A stretch of 36,636 nucleotides of DNA from an uncultured Candidatus Bathyarchaeia archaeon (GTDB taxonomy: Archaea; Thermoproteota; Bathyarchaeia; TCS64). The stretch is taken from the NCBI GenBank assembly GCA_964405275.1, contig CAYONH010000003.1, positions 1-36,636 on the forward strand. The letters run 5' to 3'. Shown piece by piece: positions 7,786 to 15,239 of this stretch (position 1 is its first letter; each line of letters begins with the position of its first letter). The position numbers and the translations under genes were made by a program. Below the pieces are notes generated by a model, which saw only the letters and a program-made list of their open reading frames with translations, searched no databases and was not told the origin of the DNA.

Positions 7786-7878
7786 GCGGCCGTGGTCCAG
7801 CCTGGTAAGACTTCAGCCCCCCACGACACATGTCGGGGAGAGCTGAATACCCGGGTTCGAATCCCGGCGGCCGCACCA
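7786..7878 (+). tRNA. tRNA-Gly (anticodon CCC) with a 17-nt intron, CCA encoded
   Basis: Acceptor is GCGGCCG/CGGCCGC (C2:G71, G3:C70), discriminator A, CCA at 7876-7878. The anticodon stem is TCAGC/GCTGA and the T arm is CCGGG-TTCGAAT-CCCGG. The spliced loop is predicted as CCCCCAA. Confidence 0.82.
7824..7840 (+). other. tRNA-Gly intron (canonical 37/38 position, hBHBh' motif)
   Basis: The intron is C-GAC-ACAT-GTC-GGGG-AG. Inner helix is GAC/GTC. The central helix pairs CCCC (32-35) with GGGG. The bulges are CA|C and AG|A, the same architecture as the tRNA-Lys intron. Confidence 0.72.
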
Positions 7879-7888
7879 ACAAACGTCT

Positions 7889-8515
7889 CTAGTCCTTCTG
7901 CATGTATAGGTCGATGCTGGCGGGGACGAAGGGGAGCCTCCCGTGCATCGGCAGGGCGGCGAACTTTTCCTCTTCGACTATCCTCAGGTTGTTCTTGTCT
8001 GCCATATATCTGAGGTCCTCCTCCTTAGGGACTGAGATGTGGGTCTCGTCCTTGTCTAGGAACCCGAACAGTTTACGGGGCCACGCGTCCAAGGGCGTGG
8101 ACACGATCATGTACCCGCCGCTCTTCAGCTTATCAGTCAGCTTGCCCAGGTTCTCGTCGAAGCTCTCTGTGTGCTCGAGGATGTCAAGGGCTGTGATGCA
8201 GTCGAAGGACTCATCGAGGTAAGGGAGAGGGTCGTCCAGGTTAATGACCCTCAGGTCGACACCAGAATTCCTAGTCTTCGCCTTTCCTATTGCGTAGTCA
8301 GAGATGTCGAATCCATGAACCTCTCCGAAGTGGCTCTTCATTTCGCTGACGAGTAATCCGAAGGCGCAGCCAGCATCCAGGAAGCGCCCTGAGATTTTTC
8401 TCTTCCTGATAAATGAGATTATGTTACGAAATTTCTTTATTGGGTCTATATTTCCATAGTCAGAATAATTAGATCCTTTTCTTCCGTGGAAATAATCTTC
8501 GTCGAAATTACCCAT
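7889..8515 (-). CDS. class I SAM-dependent methyltransferase
   Basis: 208 aa with an ATG start. Motif I is RFLDAGCAFGLLV, followed by GFDISDYAI and ITALDILEH. It ends 11 nt from the 3' end of tRNA-Gly. Confidence 0.75.
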   Translation of the reverse strand: MGNFDEDYFHGRKGSNYSDYGNIDPIKKFRNIISFIRKRKISGRFLDAGCAFGLLVSEMKSHFGEVHGFDISDYAIGKAKTRNSGVDLRVINLDDPLPYLDESFDCITALDILEHTESFDENLGKLTDKLKSGGYMIVSTPLDAWPRKLFGFLDKDETHISVPKEEDLRYMADKNNLRIVEEEKFAALPMHGRLPFVPASIDLYMQKD

Positions 8516-8631
8516 AATGGATTCGGGGTTATGTAGATCGTTAATAAACGTTTCGTATGTACGTCACTTATCATTACTACTGTTTAGTCTCATTTTCCAC
8601 CTGATAACAGTTTTATTGTCTAAGGTCATCT

Positions 8632-9780
8632 TTGCACGTCAGAGGCTGTGATATATTGAGTATTTACGAGAAGAGGTGCGAGAGCGCCCAGGCGCTGATG
8701 GCGGAGACCGGTATTGACTTCCTGTTCATCGGCGGCGGGACCGACATGAAGTATATGACCGACTACTCACATGGCGTGAGCGAGCGCCTCGCCCTGTTCG
8801 TGCTCCCCGTTGAGGGGAAGGGGAGCTTCATAGGACCAAGGTTCGAGATGCCCCGGTTCGAACACTCAGGAACGAAGGTCTTCTTCGACCTCTTGGCGTG
8901 GGACGAGTGGGAGGACCCCGTGGACTTCGTGGCGGAACTCGTCGGCCCCAAGGCAGCCACGATCGCCATAAATGACACCCATCAGGCCCGTTTCGTCACC
9001 AAGTACCTGGCACGGCTGCCCAAGGCGAAGGTTATCTCGGCCTTCCCGGTGCTCGGGGAGATGAGGATGAGGAAGGACAAGGCCGAGATAGGGTACCTCA
9101 TCCACCTGGGGAAAGCCCTCGACAAGGCCTGGGAGGATGCTCTTGGACTCCAGTACAGTGGGAGGAGGGAGTCAGAGGTGGGGCAGGACCTCCTGGAGAT
9201 AAAGAGGAAGGTGTTCCCGGAGGCCGGGAGCCCTCAGATCACGCTTCCCCGGAGGAGCGGGAGGCCCATGAGCGGGCTGAACAGCGCCTCGGCCCACGGA
9301 GGAGGCGGAGAACGGGTCATCGAGAAGGGCGACCCCTTCTGGTGGGAGATGGGCGGCGGCAGCTGCATGGGCTACGTCGGCGACAAGACCCGTTCGGCCC
9401 AGGTCGGCCCGGCTACCGACGAATACAAGAAGATGTACGAGATCGTCAAGGAGTGCCAGCAGACGGCCTTCGAGGCGGTCAGGCCCGGCGTCACCTGCGA
9501 GAGCATCGACCTGGCTGGAAGGGCTGTCCTCGACAAGTACGGGGTCGGGAAGTACCTCGACCACCGCATCGGCCACGGCCTGGGGATGAACGGCCACGAG
9601 TACCCCTACATAGTGAGGGGGAACAAGAGGCTGCTGGAGCCGGGGATGGTCTTCAGCGTCGAGCCCGGGCTGTACATCCCAGGGAAGTGGGGGATAAGGA
9701 TAGAGGACATCGTCTACGTCACGGAGGACGGCGCCGAGAGCTTCTTCCACTCGACCAAGGAGTTCAACGAGGTCTCCTAG
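8632..9780 (+). CDS. M24 family metallopeptidase (Xaa-Pro dipeptidase/creatinase fold)
   Basis: 382 aa. Metal-ligand motifs are HRIGHGLGMNGHEYP, VFSVEPGLY and IRIEDIVYVTEDG, with a creatinase-like N-domain. The start is uncertain: TTG at 8632, TTG at 8656, or the ATG of MAETG. Confidence 0.85.
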   Translation: MHVRGCDILSIYEKRCESAQALMAETGIDFLFIGGGTDMKYMTDYSHGVSERLALFVLPVEGKGSFIGPRFEMPRFEHSGTKVFFDLLAWDEWEDPVDFVAELVGPKAATIAINDTHQARFVTKYLARLPKAKVISAFPVLGEMRMRKDKAEIGYLIHLGKALDKAWEDALGLQYSGRRESEVGQDLLEIKRKVFPEAGSPQITLPRRSGRPMSGLNSASAHGGGGERVIEKGDPFWWEMGGGSCMGYVGDKTRSAQVGPATDEYKKMYEIVKECQQTAFEAVRPGVTCESIDLAGRAVLDKYGVGKYLDHRIGHGLGMNGHEYPYIVRGNKRLLEPGMVFSVEPGLYIPGKWGIRIEDIVYVTEDGAESFFHSTKEFNEVS

Positions 9781-9785
9781 GGGCC

Positions 9786-10046
9786 CTAATCCATTTTGTT
9801 CGAGACCTTGAAGATGAACCTCATCTTCTCCTCTGAGATGGGGAACAGATCCCAACTCCCGACTTCCTGGCCCGTCATGAACTTTATGTGCTTCTCTATC
9901 TCGTCCATCACGTGGTCCGTTAAGTGGTCCATGGTCACCTCGGCGAGGAAGTCCGTCTCACCGCTGCTGACATCTACGCTATGGTTGCCGTTGTATACTG
10001 CGAGGGCGGTCTCGATGGCCATTCTGATCTCGTGAGATAGAGTCAT
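9786..10046 (-). CDS. hypothetical small acidic protein
   Basis: 86 aa with an ATG start and non-repetitive, acidic composition. It has the same orientation as the two wHTH genes and lies downstream of them. No family recognised. Confidence 0.5.
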   Translation of the reverse strand: MTLSHEIRMAIETALAVYNGNHSVDVSSGETDFLAEVTMDHLTDHVMDEIEKHIKFMTGQEVGSWDLFPISEEKMRFIFKVSNKMD

Positions 10047-10151
10047 ACAACTAGGGTACGGGTTCCAGCGTCGCCCATAAATCTTTTCATCATTACCCGA
10101 ATCGTGAGCCTTCTAACACAATTTATCTAAAATAAAGGGTGGAGAAGGTCA

Positions 10152-10180
10152 TGACGCTAGCGGTTGCGACAACAGCGTCA
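10152..10180 (-). terminator. 7-bp inverted repeat TGACGCT-N15-AGCGTCA downstream of wHTH paralogue A
   Basis: A potential hairpin in the 3' UTR of the minus-strand operon. A U-rich stretch (CCCUUUAUUUUAG) follows about 17 nt later. It could instead be a protein-binding palindrome. Confidence 0.3.
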
Positions 10181-10223
10181 GTGGCGTTTACGTCCTGCCC
10201 ATGTACATTGACTCCTGCACTAT

Positions 10224-10913
10224 TCAGTACTTGTTGATGGAACCCATCGACCTGATCTTATGAGCTATCACACTGAACATCCTCTCGGGGACGTCCACTG
10301 AACCCATGGCGTCTATCCTCGCGACAACGGCGTCGAGGAGCTCGGGATCGACATCCTCGGCGATAGTCATACTCGACATACTGTGCACCCTCACTTTCTT
10401 TCCCCTGCTGTACCATTCCTCGAGCAGCTTCTGGTTGATGAAGGTCACGTTTTTTTCATTAACGACCTCGTCCTCCAGGCTCCTCGGCGTGAAGGAATAG
10501 GGGGTGAAGCTCGTGCTCGACGCCCCGCTAGCGATGGTCCTAAGGGTGTCGGTTATCCGGGGGATCAGCGAGAGCTCTATCGCCCTGGAGAGGCTGTTGT
10601 ACGTAAGCGTGTACTCCCGCCCTATGTAGTCGACAAGGCCCACGGTGTGGAGCTCGTCTAGGTACTTTCGAGCCGTGTTGGGGCTGATCTCGAACTCCGA
10701 GGCTATGTCCGTCGTGGTACTCCTGAGCTTCTCCTCGAGGTAGAGGAATATGTCCTGGTGTATCTTCTCAAGCCCTATGGAGTAGAGCACCCAGCGTTTG
10801 ACGCGCTCGGTGTAGTCCTCCTCCGTCAACTCTTCAAGAGGCCTGAGCCTCCGTATCGTCCACTCCGCCAGGGTCTCGAAGTCCTTGGCCTCCGTGTTTA
10901 CGTCTTCACTCAT
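10224..10913 (-). CDS. TrmB-like winged-helix protein, paralogue A
   Basis: Contains the TrmB-type wHTH (SIGLEKIHQDIFLYLEE...TTTDIASEFEISPNTARKYLDELHTVGLV) and the shared LAEW..RR and LIPRIT motifs. The track start GTG at 10922 was trimmed to ATG at 10913, which overlaps the stop of paralogue B (AATGAGTGA). Confidence 0.65.
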   Translation of the reverse strand: MSEDVNTEAKDFETLAEWTIRRLRPLEELTEEDYTERVKRWVLYSIGLEKIHQDIFLYLEEKLRSTTTDIASEFEISPNTARKYLDELHTVGLVDYIGREYTLTYNSLSRAIELSLIPRITDTLRTIASGASSTSFTPYSFTPRSLEDEVVNEKNVTFINQKLLEEWYSRGKKVRVHSMSSMTIAEDVDPELLDAVVARIDAMGSVDVPERMFSVIAHKIRSMGSINKY

Positions 10914-11589
10914 TCTGTTCACCTCTCACGACCACTGTCTGGGCCCGGATGTCCACGCCCCGGGCGTGCTCTCCCCCGACGATCATCTTCTCCCCGCTGT
11001 CGGTGAGGACGACGAGGTTGGGGGGGTTTCTGCCGTGGTCTATTATCAGGCCTTCAACCTCGACGTACTCCTCACTGTACCCGTGGGTGCCCACCGCCCT
11101 AGCCATGGGGGTTGCTCCCATCCTCGATATCTCCCTGTAGGCTGAGACCGCCTCGCGTATGTCGCTGAAGGCCCTCCCCTTCATCTTGTGGTAGTGCTCC
11201 GCCTCGGAGCGGGACGAGGACTCGGCCTTGGCCACCTCCTTGAGGCTCTCAGTGATTCGGGGTATCAGCCTCTTCACGATGGACTTCGAGAGGGTGTCAC
11301 GTGTGAAGTAGGCCTTCCCCATCTTGTCGATGAGGCCAGCTGTGTAGAGCGTGTCGACGGCGTCCAGGACGTCGTCTTCTGGTATCCCCGTGTGTCTGGA
11401 GAGGTCTTCAGCTGTCGCCATGCCAGTGTTCGCTAGGTAGACGTATACGTCCTGTGCGGTTCCCTCCACGCCTATGGAGGAGAGGGCCCAGGCCTTGAGC
11501 CGCTGGTCGTATGATTCCCTTGGCTCGCTAGGTGGGGCCGGGATCCGTCTTACCTTCCACTCAGCCAGATACTCAAACTCAGACAACAT
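10906..11589 (-). CDS. TrmB-like winged-helix protein, paralogue B
   Basis: 227 aa with an ATG start. The N-terminal 115 aa or so align almost gap-free with paralogue A, about one third identical by eye. The C-terminal half is unrelated to A. Confidence 0.65.
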   Translation of the reverse strand: MLSEFEYLAEWKVRRIPAPPSEPRESYDQRLKAWALSSIGVEGTAQDVYVYLANTGMATAEDLSRHTGIPEDDVLDAVDTLYTAGLIDKMGKAYFTRDTLSKSIVKRLIPRITESLKEVAKAESSSRSEAEHYHKMKGRAFSDIREAVSAYREISRMGATPMARAVGTHGYSEEYVEVEGLIIDHGRNPPNLVVLTDSGEKMIVGGEHARGVDIRAQTVVVRGEQNE

Positions 11590-11619
11590 TCATCACAACT
11601 CAATATTTATTGCGTCTAA

Positions 11620-11635
11620 CTCAGAATAATCTGAG
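11620..11635. promoter_or_regulatory. perfect palindrome CTCAGA-ATAA-TCTGAG (candidate operator)
   Basis: 6-bp arms with a 4-bp spacer. It sits directly between the TATA-like element and the start of wHTH paralogue B. Confidence 0.4.
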
Positions 11636-11649
11636 CTAATATAAAAGGG
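11636..11649 (-). promoter_or_regulatory. BRE/TATA-like element upstream of the wHTH gene pair
   Basis: The minus strand reads CCCTTTTATATTAG, about 50-60 nt upstream of the ATG at 11589. Confidence 0.4.
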
Positions 11650-11675
11650 TTATGGGGAAATATGTGTCTTAGAGA

Positions 11676-11710
11676 AAGAAAAAATGGAAAAAGTAGGTGC
11701 TTGTCCTACT
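11676..11710 (-). terminator. hairpin + oligo-U terminator after the aminotransferase gene
   Basis: Minus-strand RNA forms AGUAGG-ACAAGCA-CCUACU, which includes the stop codon. It is followed by UUUUCCAUUUUUUCUUUCU. Confidence 0.5.
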
Positions 11711-12905
11711 TCTGGTACTTCTTTACGAACCGCTCTATACGGTCCATCGCGACCTCGAAGCAGGTGTCGGGCTCGTTCTTGAACCAGCCGGGCATCTTCT
11801 GAGTCGAGAGGGGCCTGATCATCGAGAGGCGCACGTAGCCTTCTGCGGCTCCCGGGCCGTAGCCTGCGCCGGAGACGATCCTCACTCTCTCCTCCTCCCC
11901 TAACTTCTGGACGAACTCGTTTGAGCTCAAGCTGGTGCCGGATATGTTAGGGAATAGGTAGAATGCGCCCTCAGGCTTAGTGCATGTCACGCCGGGCATC
12001 TCGTTCAGCCTCTTCGTCCCGTAGTCGAGGCGCTCCTCGTACTCCTTCTTTATGGCTTCGACGTATTCATACCCGTCCGTGATGGCCTTGACTGCGCCTA
12101 GCTGGATTGGCCAGGATATGGCACTACCTGGAGCCCTGCTGACGTACGGGGCTATCTCGGGCCCCGCTACGATCCAGCCAGTCCTCATGCCGGCCCAGGA
12201 GTACATCTTGGTGAACGCCATGCAGACGAGGGTCCTGTTCTCCATCCCCGGATAGGTGATGAGGGCCTCGTGCTTCGTCCCATCCCAGCAGAACTCCGAG
12301 TATGTCTCGTCAGAGACGACCACAAAGTTGTGGTCGACGGCGAGTTCAGCGATTCCCTTGAGCTCCTCCTTTGTGAAGACTGCGCCGGACGGGTTGCCCG
12401 GGTTGTCTATGTAGAGGGACTTCGTCTTGGGGGTGATGACCTCCTTGAGGGCCTCCAAGTCGGGGCGGAACAGGCCATCCTTCATCTTCATAGCAGCGAA
12501 GACGGTCTTTACGCCGAAGAACTTGTGGGCGCTCCTCCCTCCGCCGTATGCGGGGTCGAAGCTGATTCCCTCGTCTCCTGCGTTCAGGATTGCGGCGTAG
12601 GCCTGGAATAGGCTCTGTGAGCCCCCTGCGGTGATTGTTATCTGGTTAGGCTGGGCCTCGTATCCGTACTTCGAGTAGTACTCTACTAAAGCGTTTCTGA
12701 GGGCGGGTTCCCCCCCGAAACAGTAGTGGGTCTTACCTTCTCGTATAGCGTCGTATACCGTCTTGGCTATATACTCTGGAAGAAGGAAGTTGGGGTCACC
12801 TGCCGCTAGGCTTATCGTGCCTGGAGCGGCTGCGACTCTACGCCTCGTGGCTGAGACTTGGACTTGACCCGTTAGTTCCTTCCGTACAAGCTTTTCGATC
12901 GACAT
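11706..12905 (-). CDS. pyridoxal-phosphate-dependent aminotransferase, class I/II
   Basis: 399 aa. Contains DNPGNPSG, SDETYSEF and the PLP-lysine motif AFTKMYSWAGMRTGW. Confidence 0.88.
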   Translation of the reverse strand: MSIEKLVRKELTGQVQVSATRRRVAAAPGTISLAAGDPNFLLPEYIAKTVYDAIREGKTHYCFGGEPALRNALVEYYSKYGYEAQPNQITITAGGSQSLFQAYAAILNAGDEGISFDPAYGGGRSAHKFFGVKTVFAAMKMKDGLFRPDLEALKEVITPKTKSLYIDNPGNPSGAVFTKEELKGIAELAVDHNFVVVSDETYSEFCWDGTKHEALITYPGMENRTLVCMAFTKMYSWAGMRTGWIVAGPEIAPYVSRAPGSAISWPIQLGAVKAITDGYEYVEAIKKEYEERLDYGTKRLNEMPGVTCTKPEGAFYLFPNISGTSLSSNEFVQKLGEEERVRIVSGAGYGPGAAEGYVRLSMIRPLSTQKMPGWFKNEPDTCFEVAMDRIERFVKKYQK

Positions 12906-13097
12906 CCTTATGGGGTACAGAAAGTCACATAAAACAGTTTTCCATCGGGTAATGTTCTGAAATGGAAAGTGATGCTTATATTATGGGATTTTCAGGACAT
13001 CTTTCTGGCTGAAAGTCATTGGATGGGTCTCGAAAAACGGTTTAAAATCAACCCGTTTCGTCTATCATGGTTTCAATATCGTTGTAACTGTGAATTA

Positions 13098-13185
13098 TGG
13101 CGCCGGGGATGGGATTCGAACCCATGCTCTCCAGGGAGAACCAGTTTTCAAGACTGGCGCCGTATCCAGGCTTGGCTACCCCGGC
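13098..13185 (-). tRNA. tRNA-Ser (anticodon UGA), CCA encoded
   Basis: In the reverse complement the acceptor is GCCGGGG/CCCCGGC. The anticodon arm is CCAGT-CTTGAAA-ACTGG, with a long variable arm TTCTCCCTGGAGAGC. The T arm is ATGGG-TTCGAAT-CCCAT, ending G-CCA. Confidence 0.9.
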
Positions 13186-13347
13186 TCAAAGAAACAGGAC
13201 TCTCCCCGGGTAAATGTTTATCGCATCAACAGTGTTTTCCTGTCATTTCATCGGAATATTACACTAAAAAAAGGATGAAAGGAAGGATTACGTCATTAAA
13301 CATGTATTAAGGGTCAATATTTTCAACGTTGTTTTTAGTTATCTATT

Positions 13348-13363
13348 CCTATTGGTTAATAGG
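13348..13363. promoter_or_regulatory. palindrome CCTATT-GGTT-AATAGG in the AT-rich region upstream of the pilin gene
   Basis: Perfect 6-bp arms. The half-site CCTATT recurs at 13479-13484, abutting a TATA-like TTAAATATA. Confidence 0.3.
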
Positions 13364-13520
13364 GTAAGTTAAAACGGCTATGTTTTTTTGATAGATTGAA
13401 TCCATATATGATATTATCTTATAGTAGCATAGAATATCTTCCATAGTTATATTAGAAATTGTAAAGTGATTCAAAATCCCTATTAAATATAGAGAGGAGA
13501 ATATGGTTCAATAAAAAGGG

Positions 13521-14096
13521 TTGAGGAATGTAGAATTGACTACCAGAACAATGAATAGGAACATGGGTCTAAGCGAGGTCGTCTCGACGCTGATACTGCT
13601 GGTAGTGGCCGTCCTACTGGCGGCCGTCGTCGCGTACTACGCCACAAACGTGACTATGACCAGAACCAGTCAGGAGGAGGTCCGCCTCAGCAAGCAGCAC
13701 GTCTGGGTCAACAGCACGGGCGCCGTCGCTGCAGTGAAGGTCCAAAACCTCGGAGGCAGGGACATCCTCATCGACAAGCTGTCCGTGAGGAGCATAACGG
13801 CGGACTGGGACCAGATCTACTACTACAGGGTGCCGTCGGGCTCCAGCGTGAACGAGGACCAGAACATCACTAGCTACGCCAGCCTCACGGGGGCCCTCGT
13901 GCTCATAGACGGGAGGAACTACACCCAGGCGACTTCGGACGTGCCCCTCATCTCGGGGGGTGAGCTACTGGTCTACGTCAAGGGGCCCCAGAACATCCAT
14001 ATGAACGACATCGGCACAACGGTGGCCCTCAGCGTGACGACTAACAACGCCCAGTACATCACCGAGTGCAACGTAAAGTCAGCCTCTTCTCAATAA
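13521..14096 (+). CDS. archaeal type IV pilin-like protein (class III signal peptide, DUF1628-like N-terminus)
   Basis: MNRNMG|LSEVVSTLILLVVAVLLAAVVAYY resembles a prepilin cleavage site followed by a hydrophobic helix. There are four N-x-S/T sequons (NVT, NST, NIT, NYT). The track start is TTG at 13521. ATG at 13551 (MNRNMG) is an equally plausible start. Confidence 0.7.
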   Translation: MRNVELTTRTMNRNMGLSEVVSTLILLVVAVLLAAVVAYYATNVTMTRTSQEEVRLSKQHVWVNSTGAVAAVKVQNLGGRDILIDKLSVRSITADWDQIYYYRVPSGSSVNEDQNITSYASLTGALVLIDGRNYTQATSDVPLISGGELLVYVKGPQNIHMNDIGTTVALSVTTNNAQYITECNVKSASSQ

Positions 14097-14111
14097 TGAG
14101 GTGAAATAAGA

Positions 14112-14393
14112 ATGGATAATGAGAACAAACGGAGATCCAAGCTGGAGATAATGCTCACCGTGCTGAACGCGGTGAGGGATGGAGAGCACAAGCCGACTAA
14201 GATAATGTACGCAGCCAACATGTCATGGAACCTGACGCAGAGAATCTTCGCCGACCTGGTCGATCAGGGGCTTCTCGATATGCGGGAGGTTCCCCGGGGC
14301 AACAGGTCGATACGCAGGTACGAGATAACCGAGAAGGGTTTGAACGTGCTGGCGTACTTCACCGAAGCCAACGCTCTCCTGAACATAACCTAA
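14112..14393 (+). CDS. small winged-helix DNA-binding protein (HTH_45-like)
   Basis: 93 aa with an ATG preceded by GAGGTGA. The pattern KLEIMLTVLNAV..G..KPTKIMYAANMSWNLTQRIFADLVDQGLL....YEITEKG resembles the archaeal PF14947-type wHTH, by recall. Confidence 0.65.
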   Translation: MDNENKRRSKLEIMLTVLNAVRDGEHKPTKIMYAANMSWNLTQRIFADLVDQGLLDMREVPRGNRSIRRYEITEKGLNVLAYFTEANALLNIT

Positions 14394-14403
14394 CCTCTTT
14401 TTC

Positions 14404-15171
14404 TTACTTTATTCTGAATATCTCGCGTGCCTTCCTAGTCGTGGCTAGGGCTACTTCTTCCGTGGTCGTGTCTTTTAGCTTCGCTAGAGCCTTCACAGTG
14501 ATGGTGACGTCCATGGGCTCAGAGCCCCGCTTCCTGTTCCTCATGTAGACCGGGCAGTCGGTCTCAACCAAGATGCTCTCAAGGGGGGCGTGCTCCAGAG
14601 CCGCCCTGTGGTCCTTGCTGTACTCCGCTGCGGGCGTGGCTGAGATGTAGTACCCGCTGTCTAGGAGGCTGTCAAGGACGTCCAGCGGGCCACTATACCA
14701 GTGGAAGACGATCCGCTCGGGGCCGTGGGCCACCGCGAGGTCTAGGGCGTCCTGCCATGACCCGCGACCGTGTACGGAGGCTGGTAGGTCGTGCTCCCGG
14801 GCTATCTGAAGCTGCTTGATGTAGGTGTCACGCTGCCTCTCCCTGACTGCCTCGTCCTTCCTGGCTGCCTTGTCCCAGTAGTCGAGGCCGATCTCGCCCA
14901 CAGCCACGACCTTGGAAATGTTCTCCTGTATGTACCTGAGGGTCTCAGGGACGTTGTCGTTCAGGAACTCTGTGGGATGGATGCCTATCGCCGGGTGGAC
15001 GAATCCCGGGTACTTTTCCGCCCATTCGATGGTAGCGACAGAAGAGGCGAGGTTTGTACCCATGGCAATGATGGCCTCTACGCCTGCCTCCTTCGCCCTC
15101 TGGATCACTCCCTCCTTGTCCTTCAGCTCGCTCAGGTGGGCGTGGGTGTCCACGTACGTCTCTCTCTTCAT
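14404..15171 (-). CDS. TatD family metal-dependent hydrolase
   Basis: 255 aa. Contains YVDTHAHL, GEIGLDY, SVHGRG, VFHWYSG and LVETDCP. Confidence 0.88.
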   Translation of the reverse strand: MKRETYVDTHAHLSELKDKEGVIQRAKEAGVEAIIAMGTNLASSVATIEWAEKYPGFVHPAIGIHPTEFLNDNVPETLRYIQENISKVVAVGEIGLDYWDKAARKDEAVRERQRDTYIKQLQIAREHDLPASVHGRGSWQDALDLAVAHGPERIVFHWYSGPLDVLDSLLDSGYYISATPAAEYSKDHRAALEHAPLESILVETDCPVYMRNRKRGSEPMDVTITVKALAKLKDTTTEEVALATTRKAREIFRIK

Positions 15172-15239
15172 ACTATGAACATCGTTGCATGTTAAATTAA
15201 GTGTCTTGGATGTTCAGAGGCTTCTTGGAGGGTTGGCGG

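Noticed and set aside
7708-8013. A 101-aa plus-strand ORF; also the 113-aa ORF at 12969..13310
   Set aside because: Both run straight through well-folding tRNA genes (tRNA-Gly, tRNA-Ser) and adjacent non-coding DNA.
9172-9855. A 227-aa minus-strand ORF
   Set aside because: It is fully antisense to the M24 peptidase gene. Its Pro/Leu/Gly/Val/Asp/His-rich composition is typical of the shadow frame of GC3-rich genes. No motifs recognised.
7437-13185. An integrated mobile element using one of the three tRNA genes as an att site
   Set aside because: No integrase, recombinase or transposase is present. No direct repeat of a tRNA 3' segment was found by eye, and the flanking genes are ordinary metabolic or housekeeping genes.
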